Source of the DNA: a virus
Lineage: Duplodnaviria; Caudoviricetes
Direction: 5' to 3' (one strand)
IMG/VR virus record: IMGVR_UViG_3300032327_001202
Location: 1 to 64,000 of that record
DNA: 64,000 nt
Shown: positions 19,676 through 27,790 of the stretch, piece by piece
Position numbering within the stretch: the first letter of the stretch is position 1
How the letters are laid out: the number at the start of each line of letters is the position of its first letter
The notes under the pieces: generated by a model
Told to the model about the DNA's origin: nothing
Seen by the model: only the letters and a program-made list of their open reading frames with translations
Database searches by the model: none
Made by a program: the position numbers and the translations under genes

Positions 19676-20975
19676 TTTCTGGTATATTACCTATATCCTT
19701 TTTATTTTTTTTAGTTTTATTTTTGCCTGGGTTTTCTATCTCTGAATAAACATCAGGATAAACATCTCCCGTAAAATCTTTATCATATTGGATATCAAAA
19801 TATTGACCAAAATCTAAAAGACCTTTTTTACCTAATTCTACTTCTGTTTTCTTTTTTAAGAAAAAATCTATTCTAGAATTTATTTCATCAATAAACTTAT
19901 TGAATACATTTAACGTTTGGTTAGTAAATATACCTATTACTTTATTTCTTTTCTTATTAAAAGAGCCTAAAATAACTTTAAAAATATATTCTAAACGTTT
20001 GTCTTGTTCAATATATTGTTTAGTTAATTTATTATTTAATAACTCTGTATTAATTCTAAATTTATCCTTATCAAAGAATTTAGGAACTACAAAATCAAAT
20101 TTTAATATATCATCCTTAACTTCTGTAATATACATATTATATAACTTACTTATAAGATTTATATAAGAATCATCTTTTCTAATTCCCGAAAATTTAACAT
20201 TGTTCAGATTAACACTTTGACAAAAGTTTAAGAAATTAACCAATATTAAAGTATATACCTCAACAAATTCTGTTGAGTTTGTTTCACTTATTTTCTTATA
20301 TAAAGGATTTAATATTTGAAATGATAATTGCTCATCATCTGTTTTTATAATCAACTTTTCTAAGTTCTTTTGATAATCACCATCCATTAAAAATGATGAT
20401 TCTAAATTAGGATTTAATATCTTATAAAAAAAGAAACAAAATGACTTTTCTCCAAAAACATATTCCAAATCATCTGGACTTGTATTTAAGAAATACTTAA
20501 TAGCTTCTATCATTTGTTGATTTAAACATCCGCTAAATATAATTGGTAACATATCACAGTCAAATAATCTAGCATACTCCTCTAATTCTTCTATATTAGA
20601 AGAATATTTACCATTTTTATTTATTGATATAAGAACTAAATCATTTTTAGGGGTTCTACTATACTCTATATTAGCAGGTTGATTGTCAGGAAAATATTCA
20701 AAACAAAACCACCAATTTTTATTTAATAAACCCTTAACTCTATCACTTAAACCATTAAGATAATTTAGAGCTTTATTGTAAAAATTTTGCATAGCCAAAT
20801 CAATTATATTAATAGGTTCAGAACTAAGAGTTTTTAATTTTATATTAAATTCTCCATCATAATTTACCCATATTTGGCTACCTTGAACATCTTCGTATAC
20901 TATTATATCTTTATTGAATAAATCATTTAATAATGAATCATCCTCTAAGTTATTTATTGTTATTAATTTTCCCAT
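19653..20975 (-). CDS. RNA-ligase-like (Rnl2-type) fold protein with degenerate catalytic motif
   Basis: IVYEDVQGS (cf. EKxDGS), FCFEY, LEKLIIK (cf. EGxVxK), FQILNP. Confidence 0.4.
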   Translation of the reverse strand: MGKLITINNLEDDSLLNDLFNKDIIVYEDVQGSQIWVNYDGEFNIKLKTLSSEPINIIDLAMQNFYNKALNYLNGLSDRVKGLLNKNWWFCFEYFPDNQPANIEYSRTPKNDLVLISINKNGKYSSNIEELEEYARLFDCDMLPIIFSGCLNQQMIEAIKYFLNTSPDDLEYVFGEKSFCFFFYKILNPNLESSFLMDGDYQKNLEKLIIKTDDEQLSFQILNPLYKKISETNSTEFVEVYTLILVNFLNFCQSVNLNNVKFSGIRKDDSYINLISKLYNMYITEVKDDILKFDFVVPKFFDKDKFRINTELLNNKLTKQYIEQDKRLEYIFKVILGSFNKKRNKVIGIFTNQTLNVFNKFIDEINSRIDFFLKKKTEVELGKKGLLDFGQYFDIQYDKDFTGDVYPDVYSEIENPGKNKTKKNKKDIGNIPENGKKNTI

Positions 20976-21069
20976 AATTAATATATATTATTTATATAAT
21001 ATAGTTTTTAAAAATTTTTTTTTGTTGAAAAATTTTTATATATTTGTATAAATAAAACAAAAAACAAAA

Positions 21070-22338
21070 ATGATAATCGAAAAAAATTTAGTGGAAATAA
21101 TCCAAAATATTGATAGTCCTTTAAGTAAAACTTTTCTAAAATTAGAAAAGTTAAATCTTACTTCTATAGTACAACTATCAAATAAAGATTGGCATTTCCA
21201 AGTAGTAAACGGTAAGAAAAAAGAAACCGTAAAAATGTTTAAATTTATCAATACTTATTTCCCAAATAAGTTTGAAAAAGATGAAGTTATTAGTTTTTGT
21301 GAAAAAATTATAACTAATTCTAAACCTAAACAAGTTACTACTAAAATAGAACCAAGACCATTTAAATATGAGCCTCTTAATGTAAGAGATACATTTATTT
21401 CATTAGTTACTGAAACTTATCCTCATGGATTTGAAGATGAAGTTTTAGCTTATCTTCCACAAGATCTAGAAATAGATGATTTTGGTAATTACTATAAAGT
21501 AATTGGTGATTCTGAAACAGTTTTTACGAGTCATTTAGATACTGCTTTAAGAGAAAAATCTGATATTAATTTATATTCATTCTTTGTTAAAGAACAAGAG
21601 TTTATTAAAACAGATGAAACAACTATATTAGGAGCTGATGATAAAGCCGGTGTTACTATCATGTTATATATGATGGCTAATAATGTTCCTGGTTTATACT
21701 ATTTCTTCTTAGGTGAAGAAAGAGGGGGTATTGGATCTAAAAAGGTTGCTAATGATTTTATAGACAATCCACTTTTAAAAGGTAAAAAAAGAATGGTATC
21801 TTTTGATAGAAAGAATTATTATTCTATCATAACATCACAATTAGGAGAAGCTTGTTGCTCAAATGAGTTTGCAGATGGATTATGTAATGAATTAAATAAA
21901 AATGGTTTGCATATGAAACCTGATGATACAGGTATCTTTACAGACTCTGCTAATTTTGTGGATTATATTCCTGAATGTACTAATATTTCTATTGGATATT
22001 TCAACGAGCACACTCATAAAGAGATTCAAAATATTTCTTATTTAGAAATATTGGCTAAGTGTTTAGTTGATGTAGATTGGGAAAACTTACCAACTGTTAG
22101 AAAGGCAGGTATTAGTGAACAATCTATAATTAAACATGGTGACAAAATTAAGAAGTTAAGAAAGTTAGGTATTAAAAATACGCTTCATATTAAGGAGTTA
22201 AAGGGTAATTTATATACTATCTTAGAGGTAGATAATAAAAATCCTATGGGAATATATGAAGATTTATCTCTTTTAAGAGAAACTTTAGGAAGTATAGATT
22301 TAAGATTTTACAATTCAAATATTTTAATAAAATTATAA
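21070..22338 (+). CDS. M28-like zinc peptidase, paralog of 15530-16639, with N-terminal extension
   Basis: ETYPHGFE, FTSHLD, LGADDKAG, FFLGEERG, SFDRK, TDSA, ISIGYFNEH. Confidence 0.8.
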   Translation: MIIEKNLVEIIQNIDSPLSKTFLKLEKLNLTSIVQLSNKDWHFQVVNGKKKETVKMFKFINTYFPNKFEKDEVISFCEKIITNSKPKQVTTKIEPRPFKYEPLNVRDTFISLVTETYPHGFEDEVLAYLPQDLEIDDFGNYYKVIGDSETVFTSHLDTALREKSDINLYSFFVKEQEFIKTDETTILGADDKAGVTIMLYMMANNVPGLYYFFLGEERGGIGSKKVANDFIDNPLLKGKKRMVSFDRKNYYSIITSQLGEACCSNEFADGLCNELNKNGLHMKPDDTGIFTDSANFVDYIPECTNISIGYFNEHTHKEIQNISYLEILAKCLVDVDWENLPTVRKAGISEQSIIKHGDKIKKLRKLGIKNTLHIKELKGNLYTILEVDNKNPMGIYEDLSLLRETLGSIDLRFYNSNILIKL

Positions 22339-22595
22339 TGCAAGAGACAGTAGATAAAATGGTAGATTACTTAAATGAAAATTTTTCAGAGGAGTTCTAC
22401 GTAGATTTTGAAGAAGATGAAAAAAATAAAGTAGTCTTTATTCAGTTTTTGATGGATAAAGTTATTAGCATTGATAATGCTATAGATTTTTTTAGCAGAA
22501 TCAATGATAGTAAAACTTTGTGTAAAAAACAAGAGTTTGAGTTATGGAAAACAAAGGAAGAAGAACCTATTATTCAAATAAGTTATATTATGTAA
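22338..22595 (+). CDS. Hypothetical protein
   Basis: 85-aa ORF coupled to the upstream stop codon. Confidence 0.55.
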   Translation: MQETVDKMVDYLNENFSEEFYVDFEEDEKNKVVFIQFLMDKVISIDNAIDFFSRINDSKTLCKKQEFELWKTKEEEPIIQISYIM

Positions 22596-22597
22596 TT

Positions 22598-22813
22598 ATG
22601 AGTACAATTAATGTAAAAATACAAACAAATAGAATTATTGGCGGTCTTAGAGATTGTATTAAATTATTTTTACAAGAAACTAAAGAAAAAGTATTAACTT
22701 TAGAAGTTTTAAAAAAATATAATTTTGAAGAAAAAGATTTATATGATATGAATCTAACTAAATCAAAAATAAGAGATTTTAAAATTAATAAAATATTAAA
22801 ATTATGCCAGTAG
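22598..22813 (+). CDS. Mini-protein of the RDxxIxxIL family; N-terminal segment unidentified
   Basis: MSTINVKIQTNRIIGGLRDCIK...LKKYNFEEKDLYDMNLTKSKIRDFKINKILK. Confidence 0.65.
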   Translation: MSTINVKIQTNRIIGGLRDCIKLFLQETKEKVLTLEVLKKYNFEEKDLYDMNLTKSKIRDFKINKILKLCQ

Positions 22814-23043
22814 TTTCATTAGATTTCGCAAGTTTATATCCTAGACCAATGGGTGATTTTTCTATGGGAGATGATTTTGATAAATCTACTAAGTATATAT
22901 TAGATAGAAATAAAGATCATGATTATGTAGATCTTTTATTACTTGAAAAGTATGGGTTGGTAACAAGTAGTTTATTTGATTTTCCTTTTGTTCAAACAAA
23001 GGTAAGAGATTATGAGATAAATAAAATATTAGATAGTATATGA
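22804..23043 (+). CDS. Mini-protein of the RDxxIxxIL family carrying a PolB motif-A-like segment
   Basis: Starts MPVVSLDFASLYPR; ends EKYGLVTSSLFDFPFVQTKVRDYEINKILDSI. Confidence 0.7.
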   Translation: MPVVSLDFASLYPRPMGDFSMGDDFDKSTKYILDRNKDHDYVDLLLLEKYGLVTSSLFDFPFVQTKVRDYEINKILDSI

Positions 23044-23294
23044 GTGATATAATCAGACAAGAACTTAAAAAAGTAATAAATAGTTTTTATGGAAGAAATC
23101 CCGATATAGAAACTGATTTTACTAAATCTATAAAGTTTTTATTATCTAAATTGGATGTTAAGTTTTTAACATACGAGTTTGTAGAAAAGATAAAAGATAA
23201 ATATGATATAGTATATACGGATTTGTCTGATTTTTCATTAGTTCAGATAAAGGTAAGGGATTATGAAATAAATAAAATCTTTAAAAGTATCTAA
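23040..23294 (+). CDS. Mini-protein of the RDxxIxxIL family carrying a PolB motif-B-like segment
   Basis: RQELKKVINSFYG near the N-terminus; ends DKYDIVYTDLSDFSLVQIKVRDYEINKIFKSI. Confidence 0.7.
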   Translation: MSDIIRQELKKVINSFYGRNPDIETDFTKSIKFLLSKLDVKFLTYEFVEKIKDKYDIVYTDLSDFSLVQIKVRDYEINKIFKSI

Positions 23295-23324
23295 ACAAAA
23301 AAAATTATTTTTTTATCACTTTAT

Positions 23325-23618
23325 ATGAAAAGTAAAAGTGATTTAAAGATAAAATATGGTGATAACATCATAGACGAAATAGAAAATAAATTAGCAAAAG
23401 AAATATCTGATAGTATAAACAAGGATATACTTAATAGTTTTAAGAAACCAAGTAAAATTTATCTACTTTCTTTAGTTGAAAATATTAATAATAAAGAAGG
23501 TGAGTTATTTATACTAATGGAAAAATATGGTATTATAGAAAATGATTTATATAGCCTTGAAATTGTTAAATCAAAAATAAGAGAATATAATATAGATTTA
23601 ATCTTAAAAAATAATTAA
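23325..23618 (+). CDS. Mini-protein of the RDxxIxxIL family carrying a major-capsid-like helix
   Basis: DLKIKYGDNIIDEIENKLAKEISDSINKDIL versus capsid DIKANTGMDIVQKMESILVNELSQTISKQII; ends KIREYNIDLILK. Confidence 0.7.
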   Translation: MKSKSDLKIKYGDNIIDEIENKLAKEISDSINKDILNSFKKPSKIYLLSLVENINNKEGELFILMEKYGIIENDLYSLEIVKSKIREYNIDLILKNN

Positions 23619-23646
23619 CTTTTTCAAAAATTTTTTGTATATTTGT

Positions 23647-23934
23647 ATGGAAGAAAAAAATATAAATTATAAATCTTATATAGAGGAACAAATAAGTAAA
23701 AGTATTTCTTATTCTGATTATATATGTGATGAGTTAGATAAAACTATAGATTATGCTGATTACTTAAGTGATAAACTTGAAAGTGAAGTATTTTTAGTAA
23801 AATTACACACTGATATGAATTTATCAGATATAATAGAAATGTATGATTTATCAGAAAAAGATCTTCATAAATTGAGTATAGTTAAGTTAAAAGTAAGAGA
23901 TTATAAAATAAATTTATTACTAAAACAAGATTAA
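23647..23934 (+). CDS. Mini-protein of the RDxxIxxIL family carrying two scaffold-repeat-like units
   Basis: SYIEEQISKSISYSDYICDELDKTIDYADYLSDKL versus scaffold EYIAENLDKNISYSEYIAENLDRNISYAEYLAENL; ends KVRDYKINLLLK. Confidence 0.7.
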   Translation: MEEKNINYKSYIEEQISKSISYSDYICDELDKTIDYADYLSDKLESEVFLVKLHTDMNLSDIIEMYDLSEKDLHKLSIVKLKVRDYKINLLLKQD

Positions 23935-23963
23935 AAAATATAATATATACATTACAAATACAT

Positions 23964-24322
23964 GGGGATGAAATGATTTAGATTCATGGAATTAATGGTA
24001 GAGATGCAAACATCGGATAATCCTAACCCGATTAATAAATTGGATTAAAGTCTAAACGACAAAACAAATACAGTAGCAAGCCGTGAAGAATTAGTAGCCG
24101 CTCTACAAAACAACATCTTAAAGGTAAACGAAGTAGCTTTTGCTTAATTGACAAAAACAAAAAGGTTTCCAAATAGTTAAAAATCTATTCAAAAATTTTC
24201 GGATTTGTTAGGGGTTCGTTAAAAACTAAATTAGTTTGTTATTTTATAAAAAAGTAACTACGTTTGTAAATGAGTTTCTATGATTAACCAGAGAAGACCC
24301 GAATTCGCCTTCGGCATCTCCA
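23964..24322 (+). ncRNA. ssrA: tmRNA (transfer-messenger RNA)
   Basis: 5' GGGGATG pairs with 3' CATCTCC-A (G3.U70 alanine identity). T-arm CCGAA-TTCGCC-TTCGG. Tag frame 24058-24147 follows a TAAAC-G resume context and ends ...NEVAFA*. About 360 nt; CCA not encoded. Confidence 0.88.
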
Positions 24323-24327
24323 CTAAT

Positions 24328-24353
24328 AAATACCCCTTGATTGGGGTATTTTT
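24328..24353 (+). terminator. Intrinsic terminator after ssrA
   Basis: AAATACCCC-TTGATT-GGGGTATTTTT. Confidence 0.8.
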
Positions 24354-24365
24354 AATTAAAATAAT

Positions 24366-24785
24366 ATGAATGATGATAACTTTGATAAATACCTAAAAAT
24401 TAGTAATTTATCTTTAATAATTAAAAAAATAGGAGATAGAATAGATTTTATTGATAAAAATAAAATCTATGAAAATATAGATGGGTGTATTCGAGAATCT
24501 AATATAGATTTTATATTAGAACAACAAAAAGATTTTTATTTTCTTGATATAGAATACTTCAGAGGAAGAAACCCATTAAATAATAATTATTATCCTATAA
24601 ATTATAAATTAATAGAAAGTGATATGATTAAAATAAAAAAATTTAATCAATTATCAAAATCTAAAATAATTATTGTAGGAAACATTACTATACAAAAATT
24701 ATATTATTCCGCAGACTTTATTGTAGAATATATTGATTCTAAACCAAAAATTATTAAAAATAGATATTTTCCAATTTATGATTAA
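24366..24785 (+). CDS. Hypothetical protein with an internal RxxxIDxIL motif
   Basis: Contains CIRESNIDFILE. Confidence 0.55.
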   Translation: MNDDNFDKYLKISNLSLIIKKIGDRIDFIDKNKIYENIDGCIRESNIDFILEQQKDFYFLDIEYFRGRNPLNNNYYPINYKLIESDMIKIKKFNQLSKSKIIIVGNITIQKLYYSADFIVEYIDSKPKIIKNRYFPIYD

Positions 24786-25104
24786 AGTAAGTTTAACCGC
24801 AAAAGAACAAATAATTAAATTAAAAAGTGAAGAACCTAATACAGGACAATACCTTAGAGTAGGGGTAAAGGGTGGAGGATGTAGTGGATTATCATACATC
24901 TTAGAATTTGATGATATATATGATAAAAAAATTGATGAACTTTTTGAAGATAATGATATAAAAATTATATGTGATAAAAGAAGTCTTCTTTATATATTTG
25001 GAACCGAACTAGTATTTTCAGGTGGTTTAAATGGTAAAGGATTCGAGTTTATCAATCCCAATGCAAGTAGAACTTGCTCTTGTGGAGAAAGTTTTTCAGT
25101 TTAA
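24778..25104 (+). CDS. iscA: A-type Fe-S cluster carrier (IscA/HesB family)
   Basis: LRVGVKGGGCSGLSY, LVFSGGLNGKGFEFINPNASRTCSCGESFSV; start placed at MIKV (24778). Confidence 0.92.
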   Translation: MIKVSLTAKEQIIKLKSEEPNTGQYLRVGVKGGGCSGLSYILEFDDIYDKKIDELFEDNDIKIICDKRSLLYIFGTELVFSGGLNGKGFEFINPNASRTCSCGESFSV

Positions 25105-25116
25105 AAAAATAATAAT

Positions 25117-25293
25117 ATGAACAAAGATAAAATAGATTTATATAATTTTTTAGTAGATAACCCTTACTTTTCTAAGGAATATGTTATGGGAAAGATATTT
25201 AATTTTTCTTTTTCTGATATACAATATATCAATAATTTAGAACTAATGGAAAAAAGAAATAAAAAAATAGATGATTTATTAAATGAAGATTAG
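25117..25293 (+). CDS. 58-aa mini-protein carrying a portal C-terminal-like segment plus RNKKIDDLL
   Basis: Not in the ORF track. Manual translation: MNKDKIDLYNFLVDNPYFSKEYVMGKIFNFSFSDIQYINNLELMEKRNKKIDDLLNED*. Confidence 0.65.
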   Translation: MNKDKIDLYNFLVDNPYFSKEYVMGKIFNFSFSDIQYINNLELMEKRNKKIDDLLNED

Positions 25294-25444
25294 TATTGAT
25301 GAAATAATAACTTATGATATAGTAGCATCTCCAGCACTTGGAAGTGCTAAACTAGTATATGATGAAGAGCTTAAACGAAAGAAAATATTAGAGGATATGG
25401 AGAGGAGAAATAAGATTTTAGATGAGTTATTAAAAGAGGATTAA
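25283..25444 (+). CDS. 53-aa mini-protein carrying a prohead-protease motif plus RNKILDELL
   Basis: Not in the ORF track. Manual translation: MKISIDEIITYDIVASPALGSAKLVYDEELKRKKILEDMERRNKILDELLKED*. Confidence 0.7.
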   Translation: MKISIDEIITYDIVASPALGSAKLVYDEELKRKKILEDMERRNKILDELLKED

Positions 25445-25465
25445 ATTAATTTAATCCTCTTTTTT
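25432..25465. terminator. Bidirectional terminator closing the ssrA-iscA-mini-ORF run
   Basis: AAAAGAGGATTAAA-TTAA-TTTAATCCTCTTTTTT. Confidence 0.75.
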
Positions 25466-25468
25466 ATT

Positions 25469-25774
25469 TTAATATTCTTTTAAATCTGAGATTTCTAAAT
25501 CATCTAATACAGATATTGCTTTATCTAATCCACTTTTCCAATTAGGCCATTTTCTTCTATGCATTTCAACTGCTTCTTCTAAATCATGATATAAATCATC
25601 ATTTCCAACTAAGTTATAATATTTATTTTTAAGTTTAGAAACTAATTGATATAAAACAGCATTATCAGTTTCATTTTTTAAGGCTTCAATTTCGGCTTTA
25701 AGTTCAGGAATAAACTCTTTTTTTAATTGCCAATTACCTTCAAATAAATGAAGATATTTTAATTTTTTTTCCAT
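25469..25774 (-). CDS. Hypothetical protein with KYLxLFE leader
   Basis: Starts MEKKLKYLHLFEG. Confidence 0.55.
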   Translation of the reverse strand: MEKKLKYLHLFEGNWQLKKEFIPELKAEIEALKNETDNAVLYQLVSKLKNKYYNLVGNDDLYHDLEEAVEMHRRKWPNWKSGLDKAISVLDDLEISDLKEY

Positions 25775-25776
25775 GT

Positions 25777-26445
25777 TTATTTTAATTTTTTATCAAGGAT
25801 TTTAACTAATCCTTCCCCTATTGTAAAATGTATATTTTTTAATACATCGCTTTTTATATTTAAAAAATCTTCTAAAAAAGTAAAGTTAAAATCATATTCA
25901 TATTCTTCATCTATTTTTACTTTTTTAATACTAAGTTTTAGTTCATAAGAATCATTTACACTAATAACAAAATCAAATTGTAAATCTTCACATTTTGTAA
26001 TCTTAAACTTAGGCTCGTATATAACATCAAATATAGTATAATCAGTTCTATTAACTGTTTTAAGATAATGATTTAAAAGTAATGCTGGTGTTTCAACAAA
26101 ATCTGATAATAATTGTAAATCTTTTCCAAAATTATTTGATTTTATAATCTTCTTTAATTTATATTCTAATTCATTTATATCTTTAAACAATTCTTTATGA
26201 TAAACACAATTTATATTATATAAGTAAGTAAAATAATTTTCTGTTATTTCAGTTTTTTCTAAATTTGTTTTAAATATAAATTTAGTATGTAAAACAAATG
26301 TTTCTTCTATTAATAAACTATGAATAGATATAACTAAATTATAATAATCATCATGTTTTTCATATACATTTTTATATGTTAAAAAACGTCCTTCTGTAAA
26401 AACGGATTTAAATAGTTCCTCTATTTCAGATATTTTAATTGCCAT
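25777..26445 (-). CDS. Hypothetical protein
   Basis: 222-aa ORF. Confidence 0.55.
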   Translation of the reverse strand: MAIKISEIEELFKSVFTEGRFLTYKNVYEKHDDYYNLVISIHSLLIEETFVLHTKFIFKTNLEKTEITENYFTYLYNINCVYHKELFKDINELEYKLKKIIKSNNFGKDLQLLSDFVETPALLLNHYLKTVNRTDYTIFDVIYEPKFKITKCEDLQFDFVISVNDSYELKLSIKKVKIDEEYEYDFNFTFLEDFLNIKSDVLKNIHFTIGEGLVKILDKKLK

Positions 26446-26446
26446 A

Positions 26447-27199
26447 TTATTTAAATTGTTTATCGTAAGTTTTCTTTCTTAGATTAATAAGTTTTTCTAT
26501 ATATTTATTTCTTCTCAATAACTTAAATACTAAGTTTTCTAATGAATACTCACCATCTTTTTCTATACCAGATTTTCTACCATCTTTAATTTTTTTCCAA
26601 ATTTTCTTCCATTTAAACTGAAAATTTTCATAATTAGCCACATTACCTGATTCTATTTCTAAATCATCTATACTATCCATTATATCTTCTGCTTTAAGTT
26701 TAATTAAATGATAATCAATTTCAAAATTCTTTCTATCTGGTTTTTGTACCCAATAGTTATATAGTATAGAATATACTCCACTATTTTTTCTTATCTTTTC
26801 TATGTCTGTTTGGCAGTTAAGTTCTAATTCATATCCTGCTATTATTATATCATGATCTTCATTCCATAATTTAGAATATGTTTTAAGATAATTTTGAACT
26901 AAATTTTCATCGTCATTAATTTCTGTAAAATCTAAAACTATATGTAAATCTATATCTGACCATTCTGACCAATTATAATTGGCTAATGAACCTGTGAATA
27001 TAATATCTTTAACCTTAAAATCTATTTTTAAATCATCTTTTATTTCATCAATAAAATCATTCCCTATTTGGAGTAATTCTTCTTTTACTTCATGATTTAA
27101 TTTAAATTTATGCCATATTTTCGTATTTAAATAATCTTTTAACTTAAATGATTTTAATGGAGTTAAATCCTTTTTATGGTCATTATATTTTTTTATCAT
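26447..27199 (-). CDS. Pol-beta-superfamily nucleotidyltransferase
   Basis: FTGSLANYNWSEWSDIDLHIV (GS...DxD) and YELELNCQ; start placed at MIKKYNDH. Confidence 0.75.
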   Translation of the reverse strand: MIKKYNDHKKDLTPLKSFKLKDYLNTKIWHKFKLNHEVKEELLQIGNDFIDEIKDDLKIDFKVKDIIFTGSLANYNWSEWSDIDLHIVLDFTEINDDENLVQNYLKTYSKLWNEDHDIIIAGYELELNCQTDIEKIRKNSGVYSILYNYWVQKPDRKNFEIDYHLIKLKAEDIMDSIDDLEIESGNVANYENFQFKWKKIWKKIKDGRKSGIEKDGEYSLENLVFKLLRRNKYIEKLINLRKKTYDKQFK

Positions 27200-27251
27200 A
27201 ACTAAAACTTTTTTGTGTATAAGTATATATATTAAAAAATAATACCTAATT

Positions 27252-27776
27252 ATGTTAGATGAAAAATTTCCCGATAGAAAAGAAATTAAATACACTTATC
27301 AGAAAAGTTTAATTGAATCTATTAAATCTATAGATCTTACCGACTATGATTATAATAAAGCAAATGATGAAGAATTTGCACCGAGAACTAAGATAACTCA
27401 AAAACAAAAAATTTATTTTTGGATTAGACTTTATTTAAATGAAGAAATAGAGATTGAACCAAATGATATAGTTAATATAGTTTATACTCCATTAAATGAA
27501 GTATTAGAAACTACTTTTGTTTGCTATTCAAAACCTTATTCATCAAAAGTTGATGTTGATAATTTAACTGAATATAATCCTGAAGATGATAAAAAAGTTT
27601 TATGTTTAATGGTAGATCAATCACGTATAAATGAAAATTCGGATGATATACCTTTTATCAGATCTTTATTTAAAATAAGTAAATATTATGAAGATAGAGT
27701 TATGAGAAAAGGAGAATTAAAATTCATTCTTGAGAAAAATGATACAGAATTAGAATATTTTAGTATTGGATTTTAA
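27252..27776 (+). CDS. Hypothetical protein
   Basis: 174-aa ORF followed by a hairpin at 27779-27811. Confidence 0.55.
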   Translation: MLDEKFPDRKEIKYTYQKSLIESIKSIDLTDYDYNKANDEEFAPRTKITQKQKIYFWIRLYLNEEIEIEPNDIVNIVYTPLNEVLETTFVCYSKPYSSKVDVDNLTEYNPEDDKKVLCLMVDQSRINENSDDIPFIRSLFKISKYYEDRVMRKGELKFILEKNDTELEYFSIGF

Positions 27777-27790
27777 TTAAAAAAGAGGAC

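Noticed and set aside
24290-24325. tRNA-Ala gene
   Set aside because: There is no anticodon arm, and the matching 5' acceptor strand is ~350 nt upstream with a tag frame between; this is tmRNA.
24640-24785. SADFIVEYIDSKPKIIKNRY as a helicase C-terminal motif mimic
   Set aside because: The resemblance to DnaB/gp41 AD...K.R is too weak to claim without a profile search.
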